The notes below the pieces were generated by a model. That model searched no databases and had not been told where the DNA came from. It saw only the letters and a list, made by a program, of their open reading frames with translations. DNA of 64,000 nucleotides, taken from the NCBI RefSeq assembly GCF_009914755.1, contig NC_060936.1; one strand, written 5' to 3'. Positions within the stretch are counted from its first letter, which is position 1; each line of letters begins with the position of its first letter. The DNA comes from the human T2T-CHM13v2.0 reference genome, Homo sapiens. Made by a program: the position numbers and the translations under genes. Below are positions 28,434 to 42,617 of the stretch, one piece after another.

Positions 28434-30244
28434 GGTGTTAGTCATGAAGTCTTTGCCCATGCCTATGATGTCCTGAATGGTATTGCCTAGGTTTTCTTTT
28501 CGGGTTTTTATGGATTTAGGTCTTATGTTTAAGTCTTTAATCCATGTTGAGTTAATTTTTGTATAAGGTGTAAGGAAGGGGTCCAGTTTCAGTTTTCTGC
28601 ATATGGCTAGCCAGTTTTCCCAACACAATTTATTAAATAGGAAGTCCTTTCCCCATTGCTTGTTTTTGTCAGGTTTGTCAAAGATCAGATGGTCATAGGT
28701 ATGTGGTGTTATTTCTGAGGCCTCTGTTCTATTCCATTGAGATATATATATATCTCAATCTGTTTTGGAACAAGTTCCATGCTATTTCAGTTACTGTAGT
28801 CTTGTAGTATAGTTTGAAGTCAGGTAGCATGATGCCTCCAGCTTTGTTCTTGATGCTTACGATTGTCTTGTCTATATGGGCTCTTTTTTGGTTTCATATG
28901 AAATTTAAAGTCTTTTTTTTAATTCTTTGAAGAATGTCAATGGTAGCTTGATGGGGATAGCATTGAATCTATGAATTACTTCGGGCAGTATCACCATCTT
29001 CACGATATTGAGCATGGAATGTTTTTCCATCTGTTTGTGTCCTCTCTTATTTCCTTGAGCAGTGGTTTGTAATTCTCCTCAAGGAGGTCCTTCATATCCC
29101 TTGTAAGTCGTATTCCTAGGTATTTTATTCTTTTTGCAGAAATTGTGAGTGAGAGTTACTCATGATTTGGCTCTCTGTTTATCTATTATTTTGGTGTATA
29201 GAAATGCTTGTGATTTTTGCACACTGATTTTGTATCCTGATACTTTGCCGAAGTTGCTTATCAGCTTACGGAGATTTTGGTCTGAGATGATGGGGTCTTC
29301 TAAATATACAATCATGTCATCTGCAAACAGACAATTTGACTTCCTTTCTTCCTATTTGAATACGCTTTATTTCTTTCTCTTGCCTGATTGCCCTGGCCAG
29401 AACTTCCAATACTATGTTGAGTAGGAGTGGTGAGAGAGGACATCTTGTCTTGTGGTGATTTTCAAAGGGAATGCTTCCAACTTTTGCCCATTCAGTATGA
29501 CATTGGCTGCATGTTTGTCATAAATAGCTCTTATTATTTTGAGATACGTTCCATCAATACCTAGTTTATTGAGAGTTTTTAGCATGAAGAGGTGTTTCAT
29601 TTTATCGAAGGCCTTTTCTGCATCTATTGAGATAATCATGTGTTTTTTGTCAATGGTTCTGTTTATGTGATGGATTACATCTATTGATTTGCATATGTTG
29701 AACCAGCCTTGCATCCCAGGATGAAGCCGTCTTGATCGTGGTGGATAAGCTTTTTGATGTGCTGCTGGATTCGGTTTGCCAGTATTTTATTGAGGATTTT
29801 CTCATCAATGTTCATCAGGGATACTGGCCTAAAATTTTCTTTTTTTGTTGTGTCTCTGCCAGGTTTTCGTATCAGGGTGATGCTGGCCTCATAAAATGAG
29901 ATAGGGAAGAGTCCTTCTTTTTCTATTGTTTGGAATAGTTTCAGAAGGAATGGTACCAGCTCCTTTTTGTACCTCTGGTAGAATTCAGCTGTGAATCCGT
30001 CTGGTCCTGGGCTTTTTTTTTTTTTTTTTTTTTTTTTTTGTAGGCTATTAATTACTGCCTCAATTTCAGAACTTGTTATTGGTCTATTCAGGAATTTGAC
30101 TTCTTCCTGGTTTAGTCTTGGGAGGGTTTATGTGTACAGGAATTTATCCATTTCTTCTGAATTTTCTTATTTATTTGCATTGAGTTGTTTATAATATTGT
30201 CTGATAGTAGTTTGTATTTCTGTGGGATCTGTGGTGATATCCCC
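28434..30244 (-). mobile_element. Internal L1PA ORF2 fragment (RT region), truncated at both ends
   Basis: Broken ORFs with ORF2 peptides ([38 protein letters not shown]); no 3'UTR or poly(A). Confidence 0.95.
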
Positions 30245-32054
30245 AATTAGGATTCTGGTTGCTAATGTTTTATTTCCTTTTCTCACTTTTTTTTTTTTTT
30301 TTTTTTTTTGGTGTATATTGCCAGACTAAAACCTTGGTTCTCTTGTGGTCAGTTGGGGTTGTATTACCAGTTCTAGACAAAGTGTTGAAAATAGAAGTTA
30401 TGTGTGCTAATTTCTGATTTGAGTTTAAAGCACTTAATTGCTACTGTGAGACCTTCTACAGCTCATTGCCGTCTGACTTGACAACTAGTCTGTAGCATTT
30501 ACTTAAGTTTCCAAGTGGCTGTGACAAACAGGGCTCTTTCTGCCAATCCCTAAGTGTCATATAACATGAGAGACAGAAATAATCATTTGTTTTCTTTAAA
30601 CCATTATAATTTGGGGTTGCTTACTACACCATGATGTAAGTTAATTGGAATGATTCAAGCCCATGATTCAAGAGAGCTTCAGAACAAGAGCATAAGGGTA
30701 CATTGATTACATCATTGCTTCTAAGAAGGCTTTGAGTAGTTGAGCCACAAGAAAGGCAGTGATGCATATGAGGCCTCAGGAAAAGTTGAAACTGGAAGTT
30801 GATTGTGGCAGAACTCTCTCTTTCTCCTTTCCCTCTTGATGATACTTATTTTGGTCTATTTAGAATTATTTCCTCTCACTGCAAACTGGCCCTCTTCACT
30901 TGGATGGAAATATTACCTACATTAGTCTCTGAATTTTACAACTCACAACTTCAGTGAAATGACAAAAATGACTTCTACTTTCTCTGATCACAAATTCTAA
31001 AATCCCAGGAAATGTATCTGATTGGCGCACTCTGATTACCCTTTAAACTGCAGTTATAGAAGGACATGACACAGAACTATGTAGATGGAGTGGAAGAGGA
31101 AGCATTCCTAGAAGAAAAAAGCAGTGGTAGATGAGGGCTTCTTAAATGCTAAAGAGCAGAATTTATAGATCACATAAATATTTAAAGCTATATATGTAGT
31201 CTTAAATAGATGTATTTTACTTATATACAATATGAGTACTTAAATATATATTCTCTTAAATAAATTTGTTAAAGTTTCACAGGATATGTGATTTCCAAGA
31301 ATTTGCAATATATTTCCATTAGTTTATAAAAAATTGCTAGATTCTTTGATGTGTGGAATATGATTCATGGGATAAAGAATTAGCAACAAAAATTAAAGTA
31401 AATTATATTACAGATGTTAGTAGACAAGATGGGAAATTATTATATAATCTGCAAGATACATGAAATATTGTTATATGTTCCTTGCTAGTCTATTTACTAA
31501 TGTATGTTTAACTTAATCTGTGCTAGAGTTTATTAGTCACTAATATGTATTTAGTGCAATCTATGCTAATGCTTATCACACTGTATTGTTAGTGATTGCT
31601 ACTGCTCTCTGTTTTCTTTAAGGCTGTGTGATTGTTAAGTATGACTTTTTTGTCTTATTTTCACTATATTTCAATATATAAATTAAGAAATTAGAAAAAT
31701 ATCTTCCTATAGGAGTATCTTAATCTTCCTTGTCAATCAGGAAATATCCAAATTCAAAGTGAATATAATGTTCATACTACAGATAAGTTTTTTTTTTGTT
31801 GTTGTTCTTAATTTAGGGTTCTACACGAATCTACATGGCTGCTCAGGTTGGGCTTTTGTCTTTTCCTGAAACTCAGCTGTTAGTGCATATAAAAAATAGG
31901 GAAACTGTTTTAAATTTAGACAGAATTAGAGAAGTAAAATCAAGTTTTAATTAATATTGCTAATTGAAAGCAGGAAAGAGTGTAAATAATCTTTAAAAAT
32001 TACAATTGGCTTGGGAATTTACACATCAGCCACACATATTGAGTTTTTTAAGGT

Positions 32055-32545
32055 TAAATTTGGTAGAGAGTGACAGGAAAATACAAATAATTGTGGCTTA
32101 AGTGAGAGAAAAGTTTAATTCTCTCTTACAACAAATGTGGAAGCAGATGGTCCAGAGAAATTTGGTTCAGTCCTCTGTGGTGTCAGGCACCTGGCTCTCT
32201 CTTTTGAGTCCTTTATGCATAGCCTTCATTCCTAAGTTTGTTTCATCTTCCAAGGTGGCCACTCTTGATGAAACCATTCATCTGCATTTTACCAAGTAGG
32301 AAGAAAACAAGAGAAGGATAAGAATGCTTTGTGTCCTTTTAAGAATGTCACCTAGCATCTGAAAACACAGTTCTCATAAGTCATTAGCAGACACTTAGTG
32401 TTACGGTCAAAACTTCATGCAAAGGAGCCTGGGAAATGCAGAATTTGTTCCAGATGGTCATTCATCCTGCTAAAATTCAAGGCTTCTATCACCATAGAAG
32501 AGGAGGAGGAAAAAATATTTTGAGGCAACTGGCAGTCTCTGCATA
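32055..32545 (-). mobile_element. Old MLT1 (K/M-like) LTR
   Basis: GTGACAG.AAA...AATAA..GTGGCTTAA...TTTA.TTCTCTC...GCAAAGGAG.CTGGGAAATG. Confidence 0.5.
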
Positions 32546-33327
32546 TCTGCTATACCCACACTGACAACTTTGACTTTTCACTTCCCTTGTAATGAACTCA
32601 CATCTAGCATACTCATATATAAGCTTTACTCTGGCCTGTCTACATATTGGACTCACACCTAATATACTCATGGTTGCAACTTGACTCCTGCATGCATCTA
32701 TGATAGACTTTGACTCCATATCAGCAATATTATGTCTTATTCCTATGAAATTGGAACTGAGGGAAAATGTTTTTTCAGGGAGATTCGCGTTTCAGTAAAA
32801 TCCAAATTTACTCTTCTTTTATAAGCAGAGTCACTGTGGACAAGTTATGCAGGTTGTGCACACAGACTATGGACAGTGGGGAACTAATATCTAAGTGGAA
32901 AGAGTATATTTTGATAATTAAAATGCTCAAAAAAGCCTATCTTTTACAACTTTTATTTTAATTCTCAAGTGAATGCCTTATTCTATTTCATACAGTTGCA
33001 CTAAGTGTGCCTGTTGCATAGTTTTAGTTAGGTGTAATTACACAAATACATATTTTGAACTAGAATGATTTGCCAAAATATGGATCTGAGAACATTGATT
33101 CTTCAGAAATATTGAGAGGATCAGATAAGAAAATGTGTTTCGTAGTAAAAATGTAGGTCCAGTGATGTTAACACGTTTCTTTGCTATTGATGGGAGTTTC
33201 AAGAAGCTTTATTGTGCTAATTTGTGTTTGGAAATAAATGGATGAGATTCTTGTTTGCAGTGGTTGAGCAGGTATCCATTTTCTTGCAATGTATTTTATA
33301 GGACATTGTAGTATAACACTGATTTAA

Positions 33328-33650
33328 TGCAGCGATTCTGAAACTTATCTAAAGAGAAAATATATTTCCCTCCTCACCACCATCTCTGAATTTATTTAAT
33401 TCAGATTCTCCAGAATAAAGTTCTGGCAACCTGTGTTTTTAACTAGCTGCCTAGGCCACTCATAATTAGGCATTTTTTTTGAAACACCAATCTATACAAA
33501 TGCTTTGTCCACTAGGAATCTACAACAAAATCACTTGAGGAGCTTTTTAAAATATACATTTATTCGATCCCCCTCGCATTTATGAATCAGAGGGAGGTAT
33601 GGTCCCTCTATAGCCATTTCTTATGCTAACTCTCAATTAAGAACTATTGT
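33328..33650. mobile_element. Degenerate MER5-like fragments
   Basis: CAGCGATTCTGAAACTT...CTGTGTTTTTAAC.AGCT.CC.AGG; AATCACTTGAGGAGCTTTTTAAAA...AAGAACTATTG. Confidence 0.4.
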
Positions 33651-34429
33651 TTCAGACCTAACTTTCTTATTCTTTGTATGTTACTATTTAGTTATACCTC
33701 AAGGTACTTCCATATGGAAGTTTTCTTTCTTGAGCCCATTTCTTATCATGTATCAAGCTCTCCCTGCCTTTTCTACTTCTCTCAAGGCAAAAAGAAATAG
33801 AACTCTTAGCAGTTCTTTATCTCAGGGCATAACTGATGGTAGAAAAAGGAAAGACTTTGAATTTTTGGAGCACAATCCAGCCAGCAGATAAAATATTTGC
33901 AAATAATGAAAAGCTGATTGCTTAAGTGTGAGACATTTTATAGCTCATATGCTTTCAAATGCATACAGTTGGCATGAACAGGGTGGCCGATTTTAAAAAA
34001 GAGTAACTGGATTAAGTAGATTCCCTTGTGTAAAATTCTGTCTGCTTGATCTGTTTTCCAGATGTTTCCGTGACAAATGTTTTCTTAATGTGAAGCCCAA
34101 CCATAAAAAGCACCTGGCTAGTATACAGCTCTGCCAGACACAAATCATCCTTTTTTTTTTTTTTTAATACAAATACTTAAAGAGAGGAAGCCGAATTTAT
34201 TTTAAACACAGCAGGGATCATCCTACTTCATCTTCATATGGAAATATGAAGTGACAAAATGTTTATTGAAACACCAATCTTAATATAAAGAGCTTCATCC
34301 ATGTCTGCAAACAACACAATACTAGACTCTTTCTACAAGTCTGCAGAACAGTTTGGAAGCTATAATTGAAGCGTTTATTTTCAATTTTAATTTTTATGTA
34401 CAGTCTCTGGCTAAGAACACAGGAGTAAG

Positions 34430-34680
34430 CGGCAATATAGTGTGGCAGTCAACAGCTGAGGTTTTTGAGCCAGACAATCTGGGTTCAAATCCTTCTCCAC
34501 CACTTACCAGCTATATAGACTTGGGCAGTTCACTTAACCTTCTATTCTTTATTATCCTTATCTGTAAAATAGGAATTATAATAGTACTTACCTCAGAAGA
34601 TTGTTCAAAAGATTAACAGTATTTATATAAATAAACACTTAAAATATTTTTTAGCCAATAGTAAATGCCCAATAATATTA
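34430..34680 (+). mobile_element. MIR
   Basis: GAGCCAGAC..CTGGGTTCAAATCC...CACTTACCAGCT...TTGGGCA.TTCACTTAACCT...ATCTGTAAAATAGGAAT. Confidence 0.88.
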
Positions 34681-35896
34681 GAGTTGATAAAGTGGATGTC
34701 TCTATTGGTTATTTTCGAGATTAAAAGAAAGAAAACTCCAGTGATTTTGAGACTGATATTTTGCTTTGTTAGGGGACTAAAATTTGGTTCACAGAGGCTT
34801 ATTTGGATAAAAGCAGTAGCTAGTCATGGTAAATGATAAACTCCCATCCTCCTTAAATGTGCTACTTGATTCATAACTACTTACTCATTTCCTTAATTTA
34901 CTGAGATATATTGGAGGGAAAAACAGCTACTATTTCTTATACAGTTTAGTTATGTAAGTCACCATAGAGATTAGGTGTTATAATGTCATTGGCCCAAGAA
35001 GGGAGAAAAATAAAAGGAGGAAACACATGGGGGAAACTAGAGGGTGAAAGAATAAAAGACACGAAGGAAGATCAATTAAAGAAGCAAGATAAAAATGTGC
35101 AGAGGTGTAGGTTGAGAAAGGGATATGCTATCAATTGAATATCCTTTGTGTCAGCTGTACAAGTGCCATGGATATTTCTCACAAAAATGTAATTGGAACT
35201 TTTCTTCCATTATCAGCTAGCAATTTAACAGGATATTTACTTTAAGAAGAAGGTCCCATATTTCAAATACTTTGCTCTTTTGCAACTCCAGATGAGCAAG
35301 TCATTCTAAAAGGCATTTAAGTAAACATTAATAGCTGGTGAAAGCTTTGTGGCATCTCAAAGATTTGGGCTAAAAGCTATCTTCCATCAAACAGGTCTCT
35401 TTGTTAGTTGCCATTCTTGTCAAATTAAAGGAAAGAGATGAGAAACATACATGGCTACACACTAAATTTCTCCCACCCACTTTTTCTTTTTCTTAAAGTC
35501 AACCTTTAGTTTCGTGGTGGTTATGAATTTATTGGTTTTACTTTCAATATGAAATAGACATGCATACTTCCTCTTAAAGCATTTTCTTCAAAAGAAAAAA
35601 CCTTTCTGTTCAAAGTTTAAAAGCAAAAAAAGACATATAAAGATTTTTACAAGTGATTATTAATGTTTTGAAGTTAAAATATTCACATCAGCCCTTGATG
35701 AAGTTTAAACCGCAGGCAGCCTCCTAATAATATTGTGAAAGTGAGAAAGCTTATTCATATTTAGTTGGTATCAAACTCAGGGTTTCTGTAATGCATACTC
35801 CTCCTATTTTATTTTAAATTTCCTCAAGAAATATTAAAAATAGCAGATCTCAGGATAGTATCCCAAATAAGGCAAAATCCTAACTATAGCCCAAAT

Positions 35897-36101
35897 CAAG
35901 CTGGTCCAACCCATGGCCTGTGGACCACATGTGGCCCAGGACAGTTTTGAATGTGGCCCAACCCAAATTCATAAACTTTCTTAAAACATTATGAAATTTT
36001 TTTGCAATTTTAAAAAACTCATCAGCTATTTTATGTGTGGCCCAAGACAATTATTCTTCTTCCAATGTGGCCCAGGGAAGCAAAAAGATTGGACACCCCT
36101 G
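35897..36101 (-). mobile_element. MER30 hAT DNA transposon
   Basis: CAAGCT.GTCCAACCC...TGTGGCCCAGGGAAG.AAAAAGATTGGACACCCCTG. Confidence 0.9.
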
Positions 36102-38749
36102 CCCCAGAAGTATCCACTTTTCCATGGCACAGTCTCTGACTCTATCAAGATGCCTGGACATTCTGGAGAAAGGCATTCCAGCAGAGTTACAATGATTGAC
36201 AATATAGTACAATTTCCATCAACACCCACATTGTACTTACTCATAGCAAAAACCTGGAAATAGTGAAACCTTTGAGAAGGAAGGAATTAAAATGGTTTGT
36301 GATGCTGCAACATTTACTTAGTCTAGATGTACTTTTCCCGTTTTCACCCAGTTGTTGATTACTTCAACTTTCCTAAATGATACAAATTTCTAAATCAAGG
36401 GAGGTTTTCTATCTTAAACTTGTTCATGTTCTTTTCTTTTATTTTCATCATTTGTGATTATTAATGGTATTGGTCATTTTATTAATAGATGATTTCAACA
36501 AATACATGATGTGCTTCCATGTGAACATTCCCCAGCAAACTCATGGTCATTAAAATAAACTGGCATCCTATTTTATTAATTTGGTCAGTTTGGGAATCTA
36601 TGTATCAAGTTTTTGTGAAATAAGCTGAAAAAGGCATATTTCAAAATCCTATCCTTATCTTACTCTATACAGAGTATAATCCAAGGTTGTCTTCCTGACC
36701 ATTTTGAGGAGCCTCCTAGGGAATAACAAAGTACCCTCCTCAAGAGACATGAATTTAGAGTTTTAGGTCCTATCATGTTGCTAGTAACAGCCAGAACCCC
36801 TCCTCCTCACAGTTAATAGAGATAAAGATTCTATAAAGCTGAAAAAGGGGCATGGAATAAAGGTCCTTTGTTATTACCATAATTATTATTAAAATTAAAT
36901 ATGTTATTTAAATATCGTGCCATATACTTGACTCCCTTTAGCTCCAATCCATGGATTCACTGGTACTTATGCTGCATGTAGTTAGCCCTTTTCTCCTGGG
37001 GTTGTAGTTTGTTTTCTTCACCTTCTCCTCTATGAAATTCTATTTCTTGAGGTATTCCATCTATCTGTCATAGCACCCATTGACTTTTGCCTGAGCTTCC
37101 TGTACCCACACGGGGTCGTCACTCTTCTCTCGTTTTGGATAAAACATCTCAGTGCATAGTGTAGTTTCTGGCTTCTTAGCCACAGAGGGGCAGAATGATG
37201 CAACCCAAAAGTTTAGGGCTTGTATCTTGACCAATGAGAAATGCAAGATCAGAGTTGGGAAGATCAATTTTTCTTCCTTACTTTATTTGGTGGACTAGTC
37301 TGAATGGCAGTACTTCTTTGCCTTCTGGAGAAGCTCCAGAAGCTGACAAGCCTGCTGAGAGATCTTTTCTGCCTATTCCCAGTTTGTCACAAAGCCACAG
37401 CTGGCATGGTGACATATCACATTGCTTTGCTTCGAATATTCCGTTTCACTTGTTTTTTCTTTCCTTACTTTCACCTGTCTGGGCTGGTACCTCCCAAATG
37501 TATTATCAACTTCATCTTTGTCTCTGCTTTCTAAAGGGGCCTATTAAGACACTCCTTTTAAGTCCAATTAAGACATTTCCTTTAGAAAAAAATTTTCTAA
37601 AGGAAATTTTTAATTCATTGCAGATAAGCTTAGCATTGGAATTATTAGTTTTCATTTAACTTGGGAGCTGCCACAACATTCAGTACTCAAGAGTCTGCTC
37701 ATATCAACAGCAAGTACCCTATTCTCTTTCACATCTAACCTCTACATGGCCTCCCTTCAATATAACCTATTACCATTACATCTTTCTTCATCATTTGAAT
37801 AATAGGCCCAGGTATAATTTTCCTGAGTGTGGCATCTCTTCTTGTGAGTGTAACAGAGTAAGAGCTCCTCATTGCAGACAAAGTTCCTTCTTCAGTAGCT
37901 TCATTTCCTGTCCTCTGACACACTTGAACCAGAGCCTAAGAGTTGTTTCTAGTCACTTTGCAGTTCAGCTCCTAAACAATCATTTGTTGGGTACAAATCA
38001 TTTATTTCTGGATCATCAACATATTTTTTTCTAGCATTCAATGGGACATCTTTCACAAGATCTCTGGTTTGCACACATTGCTTTGAAGATCAATTTATTA
38101 AGAAATAAACTGTTGAAGATACAACAAACACATCTTTATTTAAAGATAAAAGGAGTAGTTGACAGAAAAATTTACAGACCTACTCTTAGTATGAAATACA
38201 CGATACTTATTCAGTTTAGCAACAACATTATCATAATCAATACTTAACAAAAGTCCTACAGAAGTTAGTGATTCAGGTTGTCTGGAATGATGGGCTATTG
38301 TTTTCTAAAACCAATATCATCCTTTTAAAAGATTGCTAAAATTCTACAATCCTAGTTTCAAATTTCGAATGTCCATGCAAATAGATCTATTTTTGTGCAT
38401 TTTGGTTCCATTAGTGGAAAATAAACTTGGCTTTTCTTTGTATGAATATCTTCCCTGAAAATTAGAGACTCAGTATTGACTATGTCAGAATCCTCTATGT
38501 TTAAGTTACTGTCACAAGTTCTTTTTAAATTTTTTTTCTGATACATTTATCACCATTTTTTGGAAGTAGCAGTTTTAAGTATTAAAATGTCTCTAAAGTG
38601 ACATAACTGTATTAATCCCAAATTTGTTAGACTTGTGGCAAAAGTCTACGTGAATCTCAGGTGCTATTTTATTGTACACTTAGTGTATATCTTGCATTAA
38701 ATGTTTGAAAAAAATAAAGAATGAGTAAATTAAAGACTGATGTACATTC

Positions 38750-39395
38750 TCATAAATTACGTCCAATTATCTTGGAAAATTATGGTAGTTCTGTCTCAAA
38801 ATTTATCTTAGGTCTAACATTTTTCAATATCATTATCACCCTGAGCCAAGGCACCAATATCTTTTGCTGAAATTGAAAAAATAATAGCATTCTAACTAGT
38901 CTCTGTGCATTTGTTGTAACTCCACTATAGTCCAGTCTCAATACTGTAACCAGCATGATCCTTTGTTCAAAGTGGATCATATCACTCTTGCTCAAAATCC
39001 CCCAGTGGTTTCTTTCTATCTCACTTACAGTATAAGTCAGCATCCTTGAAACAGTCTAGAAGGCTATATGTGATCTGTCCCACATCACTTGATATCTTCA
39101 TCTTTTACCATCCTCCCTCTCCACATACATACACCACAACTCATTCTATTTTTACCTTGATAGTCTGTTTACTGTTACTTGAATTTGTCAACCCTATTCT
39201 TATTAAAGGGTTTTAGGCTTGCTGTTTTTTCCCCTTACCTGGAATACCTGTGCTTTAGATAACCATATGACCTCCAGTCTCCCTTCCTTCAAGTCTCCAC
39301 TCAAATGTCTTCTTAGCCACTCTGTATAAAATATAAAACCATCAACATCTAGTCTCTTCCCTGCTTTATTTTTCTTTATAACACTTGTCAAGACA
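38750..39395 (+). mobile_element. L2 3' region
   Basis: TCTAACTAGTCTC...GATCATATCACTC.TGCTCAAAA.CC..CAGTGG...TCCTTCAAGTCT..CTCAAATGTC. Confidence 0.7.
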
Positions 39396-42300
39396 TGACT
39401 TGTGTGTGTGCATGTTGGTTGTTTTTCTTTTTTATGCTCAAGTTTAATTTTCCAAAGACTATAAAACATTACTCTCAGACAAATGTAAAAAGGATACATG
39501 TTAAAATGTTAATTCTATTCCTTGATTAGTAAGACGACCAAGATAATGTTAAAACTTGCATAAAAGCATTGGGTAGAAATAGGCACTTTAATAAAGAAAT
39601 ATCACAATAAGAAGTTGGGTTATACAGGATTATTAATGTATGGCAGAAAAATAAAATGTAACCTTTGGCACTATCTAGTTCATTGGATGGAAATCATTTA
39701 CGTCTTTATTGGACAAAAGTTTATGAGTTAACCTCTGCCCAACAGAGTTGTAAAATAGCCTTATTGACAGTAAGTCAAGCCCAAAACTGCACTGAAAGGA
39801 AACTCACTAATCTCTTTGCCTATTTCCAAGTTGTAAATAATTTTTCTCACTTCTAACATCTGGGAATTTGCTTTTTCACTTCTATATCCCCACATCTTTC
39901 AACAACAATGAGCAGTTAGTATGCTTTTGTCTTAGTTTATCTCCCAGAAATAGACTTGAAGCAAGAATTTGATTTCCTAAAGTTTGAGAGGTCATCCAGA
40001 AAAACTAGTAGGGAAGTGAGGAAATGAGATAGGGAAGAGAAGGAAGCCCAAATGAGTGAAACAATAGGCAGGTTATCAATCCAGAAGATGGGAGTTTAGT
40101 TCCCTGGAGCAATGTGAGAGTCAGTGCAGAAAATAGCTCTGAATTATTCCAGCTAGAGAATGAAGGACCTATGGTGTTTATTTACCAAATCTTTGACTAT
40201 AATCCACTGAGGCCTGCTCCTAGAAATGTTACCTTTATTTTATGTCTAGTTTTCCCTGAGTGAAGGCTGATATGTTTCTCAGGCAAAACTAAACACAAAA
40301 CAGCAAAAACAAACAAACAAACAAAAAACAAAAACCTTCCATCAGAGGGTTCAGGTATTTTCACTAAGCAGCTTTCGGCAGTTGGGTCCCAAGGGGAAAT
40401 GGGTGGGGCATTGACAATATCTGATATGGTGTTCCATATAGAAAAAGTACAATTGAAGGAATAAATGAATGAAATGTTTCTAAGGATTTTGTAATTGGGA
40501 CACCACAGGAAGTGATATGAAGATCTTGGAAACCTATCAGCTTTCTTGCCTAGTTGACAGAGCAGAACAAAACTTTAGGGTCTGGTACCAGAGAGACTAG
40601 GTTTATGTCATTCTAGCTATATGAGCTGGGTCAGGTGACTTAACTTCTCGAAAATTCAATTTTCTAACCTCTAAAAATTGAGATAATCTTTTATGTTTTG
40701 CAATTGGGGAAGAGGACTCAAACTATTTTAGATAAAAAGCATTTTCTAAGATCATCCAACTTACTTGTTTGGTTTAACAAGAGATGCAGTGATCATAGTT
40801 TGATCATCATTGTTTTTCAATGTAAATATGCTTCTAATGAAAAACTCTCAGATCACTAAGAGTATTATGTTTCTAGTTAAAGTTATGTGCTTTATAGGTT
40901 AATTTTCAAAATGCGACTTTTGTTTTATTCATACGTTTCTATGGGTCAGTGAGACTGATGAAATTGCAATGTTGAGGATAAGAGCAGAACTTTCTTAAAT
41001 GCCACCCTGTGAGGACTTTTCAGAGACAGCTGATCGCTTCTGTCTTTTGTCTTCATGCAAAGCATCGCCAATAAATTCATGTGCCCCAAAGACATGGGAT
41101 ATTCCCAATTTAGAAATGAATGGAAGAAGGGAATATGTAAGAATTCTGAGGAAAATATATTAAAAAATACCAGTATCTCACCTGAAATAAGAAAAGTTGG
41201 ACTCAGTAATTTGGACTTTCTTGTTTTCAGTGTAAACTGGAGGAAGGAAGAAAAATAATAAAAATTCATAAGTAATTTCTAGCGGGAAAGGCAGAGCCTC
41301 TGAGGAAGGGAGGGTAAGAAGAGAAGAGAACCTAAAGTCTTAGTTTTAGATGATCTCCTCTGAGACGAATTATTCTGTGTGCAAGCGATTAATAAAATAT
41401 AAAGACAATAGATATACATTTTCAAATATTCAAGAACCCATAACCTAATAAACCCTGGGACTATCCTGGATAACATGAATAAACAAAAGAAGCAAAACCA
41501 ACAAACTACAAAGTAACCATAATCATGGTCTAATGGAACAATGGTGATCTTTGGATCTGTTTAAATGGAGCCCTCAGTCTAAATACAGGTAAATATTATT
41601 ACAAAACTATATACTATAAATCTAGACAATTTAAAAATACTAAATAAAATTAAAACTCTGTATATGAAAAACTGAAAGAGAGGAGAAAGATAAAGACAGT
41701 AATTTTCTCATCTGGTTTAGTAGAATATAGATATTACCTAAGGTGAAAAAGTCAAGAAATATAGGTTAGTTATGCTATTTGAAGTCATCAACAAAATAAG
41801 AGAATGAAAATCCCTCTCATTAGAATGGGAAGCCATATTACCTAAAAAAAAAAAAAAAGAAATAGAGTTTCATATATATTAAATAAAATTTTAAAGGTAA
41901 CTACTATAAAATGGAATCAAAATAAATAATATGATGATCTGAATTACCATTAGAAAAATCACCCAGCTACAGGACAAAAGGAATTTTGTCTGCTGGGTTC
42001 ACTCTTATCATCTCAGCTCGTAGAATATTGCCATCTGTAAATAGTAGCCACTTAAATATATAATGAGTGTATCAACAAGAAAAAAACAGGATCAATACAG
42101 TTACCAAATATGGAAATAAAATAAAGTTTTAAAATCAGAGAATATAAAATAAAATGCTGAAATTAAAAGTCAAGACACATCTCTTATAACAAGACATATA
42201 AATAGAATAAACCCACCTCCTAAAAGTAGTCTCATGTGGAGTCAAAAATCAAAACCTAAGGATATTTTGTCTCACTATGAAGATGTCTAAAACAAAAACC

Positions 42301-42617
42301 TTAAAAATATTACAAGTGAAAAGAAGTTCATAGCTTGAATATGGACGAGAAGGGAGGAAAATAAGAAAAATTAGAGATAACACATAGTTTGTTGTTATGA
42401 TGGTTAATTGTGGTATATATATTTAGATGTGAAGATGTTTTTAAAAAGTAGGTTCAGGGAGTAAGGGAGAATTTGGATAACTTTATCCACCTTAATTTTG
42501 AGATTCTACTAGATACCTAAGCGGAGATATAAAGTAGGAATTATAAAATGTAAGTCTGGATTTCTGGAGATAAGCCAGTGATTTAAATATAAATTTGGAA
42601 ATCATTAACAAATATAT

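Noticed and set aside
31795-31852. Possible 30-nt microexon (polypyrimidine tract..TTTAG / CAG-GTTGGG)
   Set aside because: Weak donor and no recognisable peptide; such motifs are common by chance.
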